64,000 nucleotides of DNA. Source: Paraphysomonas bandaiensis (taxonomy: Eukaryota; Protista; Chrysophyceae). Positions 62,201 to 64,000 of the stretch are shown piece after piece. Location: the NCBI GenBank assembly GCA_965644295.1, contig CBFFRP010000645.1, forward strand, positions 124,001 through 188,000. The letters are read 5' to 3'. The notes below the pieces were generated by a model, which was given only the letters and a program-made list of their open reading frames with translations, made no database searches and had not been told where the DNA came from. The position numbers and the translations under genes were made by a program. Every line of letters starts with the position of its first letter. The stretch's first letter is position 1.

Positions 62201-64000
62201 CAGTACGGGTTATCCCATTCATGGCCTATCTCTCGCAATATGCCCACGACCATACCTATGAAACAATACATACCATTATAAACACATGCACGCAAACATA
62301 TATAACCCAAACCACAAAATAATAATACATACATGGCACACAACTATAGCATCAGACTAGGGTTATTTAAGACTATCATCATATTCGAAAATCGATTGAA
62401 ACGTCCTTGAATAAGTATCATGTGCTACGATGATTGGTATGCCATGCCCACAACTACACCACATTACATAGACACAACATATATCCATACAGGTACACAT
62501 ACCGGATGACCACACAATCAATGTGCGGTAGCTCATAATCAACCATCACGACAAGTGCTGACAGTACGGGTTATCCCATTCATGGCCTATCTCTCGCAAT
62601 ATGCCCACGACCATACCTATGAAACAATACATACCATTATAAACACATGCACGCAAACATATATAACCCAAACCACAAAATAATAATACATACATGGCAC
62701 ACAACTATAGCATCAGACTAGGGTTATTTAAGACTATCATCATATTCGAAAATCGATTGAAACGTCCTTGAATAAGTATCATGTGCTACGATGATTGGTA
62801 TGCCATGCCCACAACTACACCACATTACATAGACACAACATATATCCATACAGGTACACATACCGGATGACCACACAATCAATGTGCGGTAGCTCATAAT
62901 CAACCATCACGACAAGTGCTGACAGTACGGGTTATCCCATTCATGGCCTATCTCTCGCAATATGCCCACGACCATACCTATGAAACAATACATACCATTA
63001 TAAACACATGCACGCAAACATATATAACCCAAACCACAAAATAATAATACATACATGGCACACAACTATAGCATCAGACTAGGGTTATTTAAGACTATCA
63101 TCATATTCGAAAATCGATTGAAACGTCCTTGAATAAGTATCATGTGCTACGATGATTGGTATGCCATGCCCACAACTACACCACATTACATAGACACAAC
63201 ATATATCCATACAGGTACACATACCGGATGACCACACAATCAATGTGCGGTAGCTCATAATCAACCATCACGACAAGTGCTGACAGTACGGGTTATCCCA
63301 TTCATGGCCTATCTCTCGCAATATGCCCACGACCATACCTATGAAACAATACATACCATTATAAACACATATAATCAACCATCACGACAAGTGCTGACAG
63401 TACGGGTTATCCCATTCATGGCCTATCTCTCGCAATATGCCTACGACCATACCTATGAAACAATACATACCATTATAAACACATGCACGCAAAACACATA
63501 TAACCCAAACCACAAAATAATAATACATACATGGCACACAACTATAGCATCAGACTAGGGTTATTTAAGACTATCATCATATTCGAAAATCGATTGAAAC
63601 GTCCTTGAATAAGTATCATGTGCTACGATGATTGGTATGCCATGCCCACAACTACACCACATTACATAGACACAACATATATCCATACAGGTACACATAC
63701 CGGATGACCACACAATCAATGTGCGGTAGCTCATAATCAACCATCACGACAAGTGCTGACAGTACGGGTTATCCCATTCATGGCCTATCTCTCGCAATAT
63801 GCCCACGACCATACCTATGAAACAATACATACCATTATAAACACATGCACGCAAACATATATAACCCAAACCACAAAATAATAATACATACATGGCACAC
63901 AACTATAGCATCAGACTAGGGTTATTTAAGACTATCATCATATTCGAAAATCTGATTGAAACGTCCTTGAATAAGTATCATGTGCTACGATGATTGGTAT
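50268..64000. repeat. 361-bp tandem satellite, about 38 copies, extending beyond the window (candidate centromeric/pericentromeric)
   Basis: accatcacga recurs at 50270, 50631, 50992 and onward. Copies are almost identical. Confidence 0.99.

Noticed and set aside
63277-63558. 93-aa ORF in the satellite
   Set aside because: Produced by a truncated monomer; no coding signal.

Overview
Eukaryotic (protist-like, possibly stramenopile; this is inference) genomic DNA with GT-AG introns, running from a gene-rich arm into a large satellite array. 1-2358 is the 5' half of a Ty1/copia element (minus strand, ORF runs off the window). 3.4-36.2 kb holds eight host genes: FHA + bestrophin-like protein, cyclophilin, METTL21-like methyltransferase, PH-kinase-EF-hand protein, UPF3, WW-domain protein, hybrid histidine kinase and dimethylglycine/sarcosine dehydrogenase. 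Three of these have a long (TACA)n tract just upstream, and one has a 4.7 kb intron made of a 51-bp minisatellite that reiterates the intron's own splice donor. 38.5-50.1 kb is a decayed copia element into which an apparently intact, young Ty3/gypsy element is nested (40731-49341; 1059-bp LTRs, 4-bp TSD GGCT). 50268-64000 is a highly homogeneous 361-bp satellite (candidate centromere/pericentromere). The main finding is this gypsy element. Each LTR carries an antisense SET-domain (lysine methyltransferase-like) reading frame and the integrase ends in a chromodomain-like module, so the element may carry both a chromatin writer and a reader beside the satellite. It also has an atypical RT motif (IFDN), a CCCH finger in Gag, a single in-frame stop between gag and pol, and no tRNA-type PBS. 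All calls come from reading and hand-translating the sequence; no searches were run.
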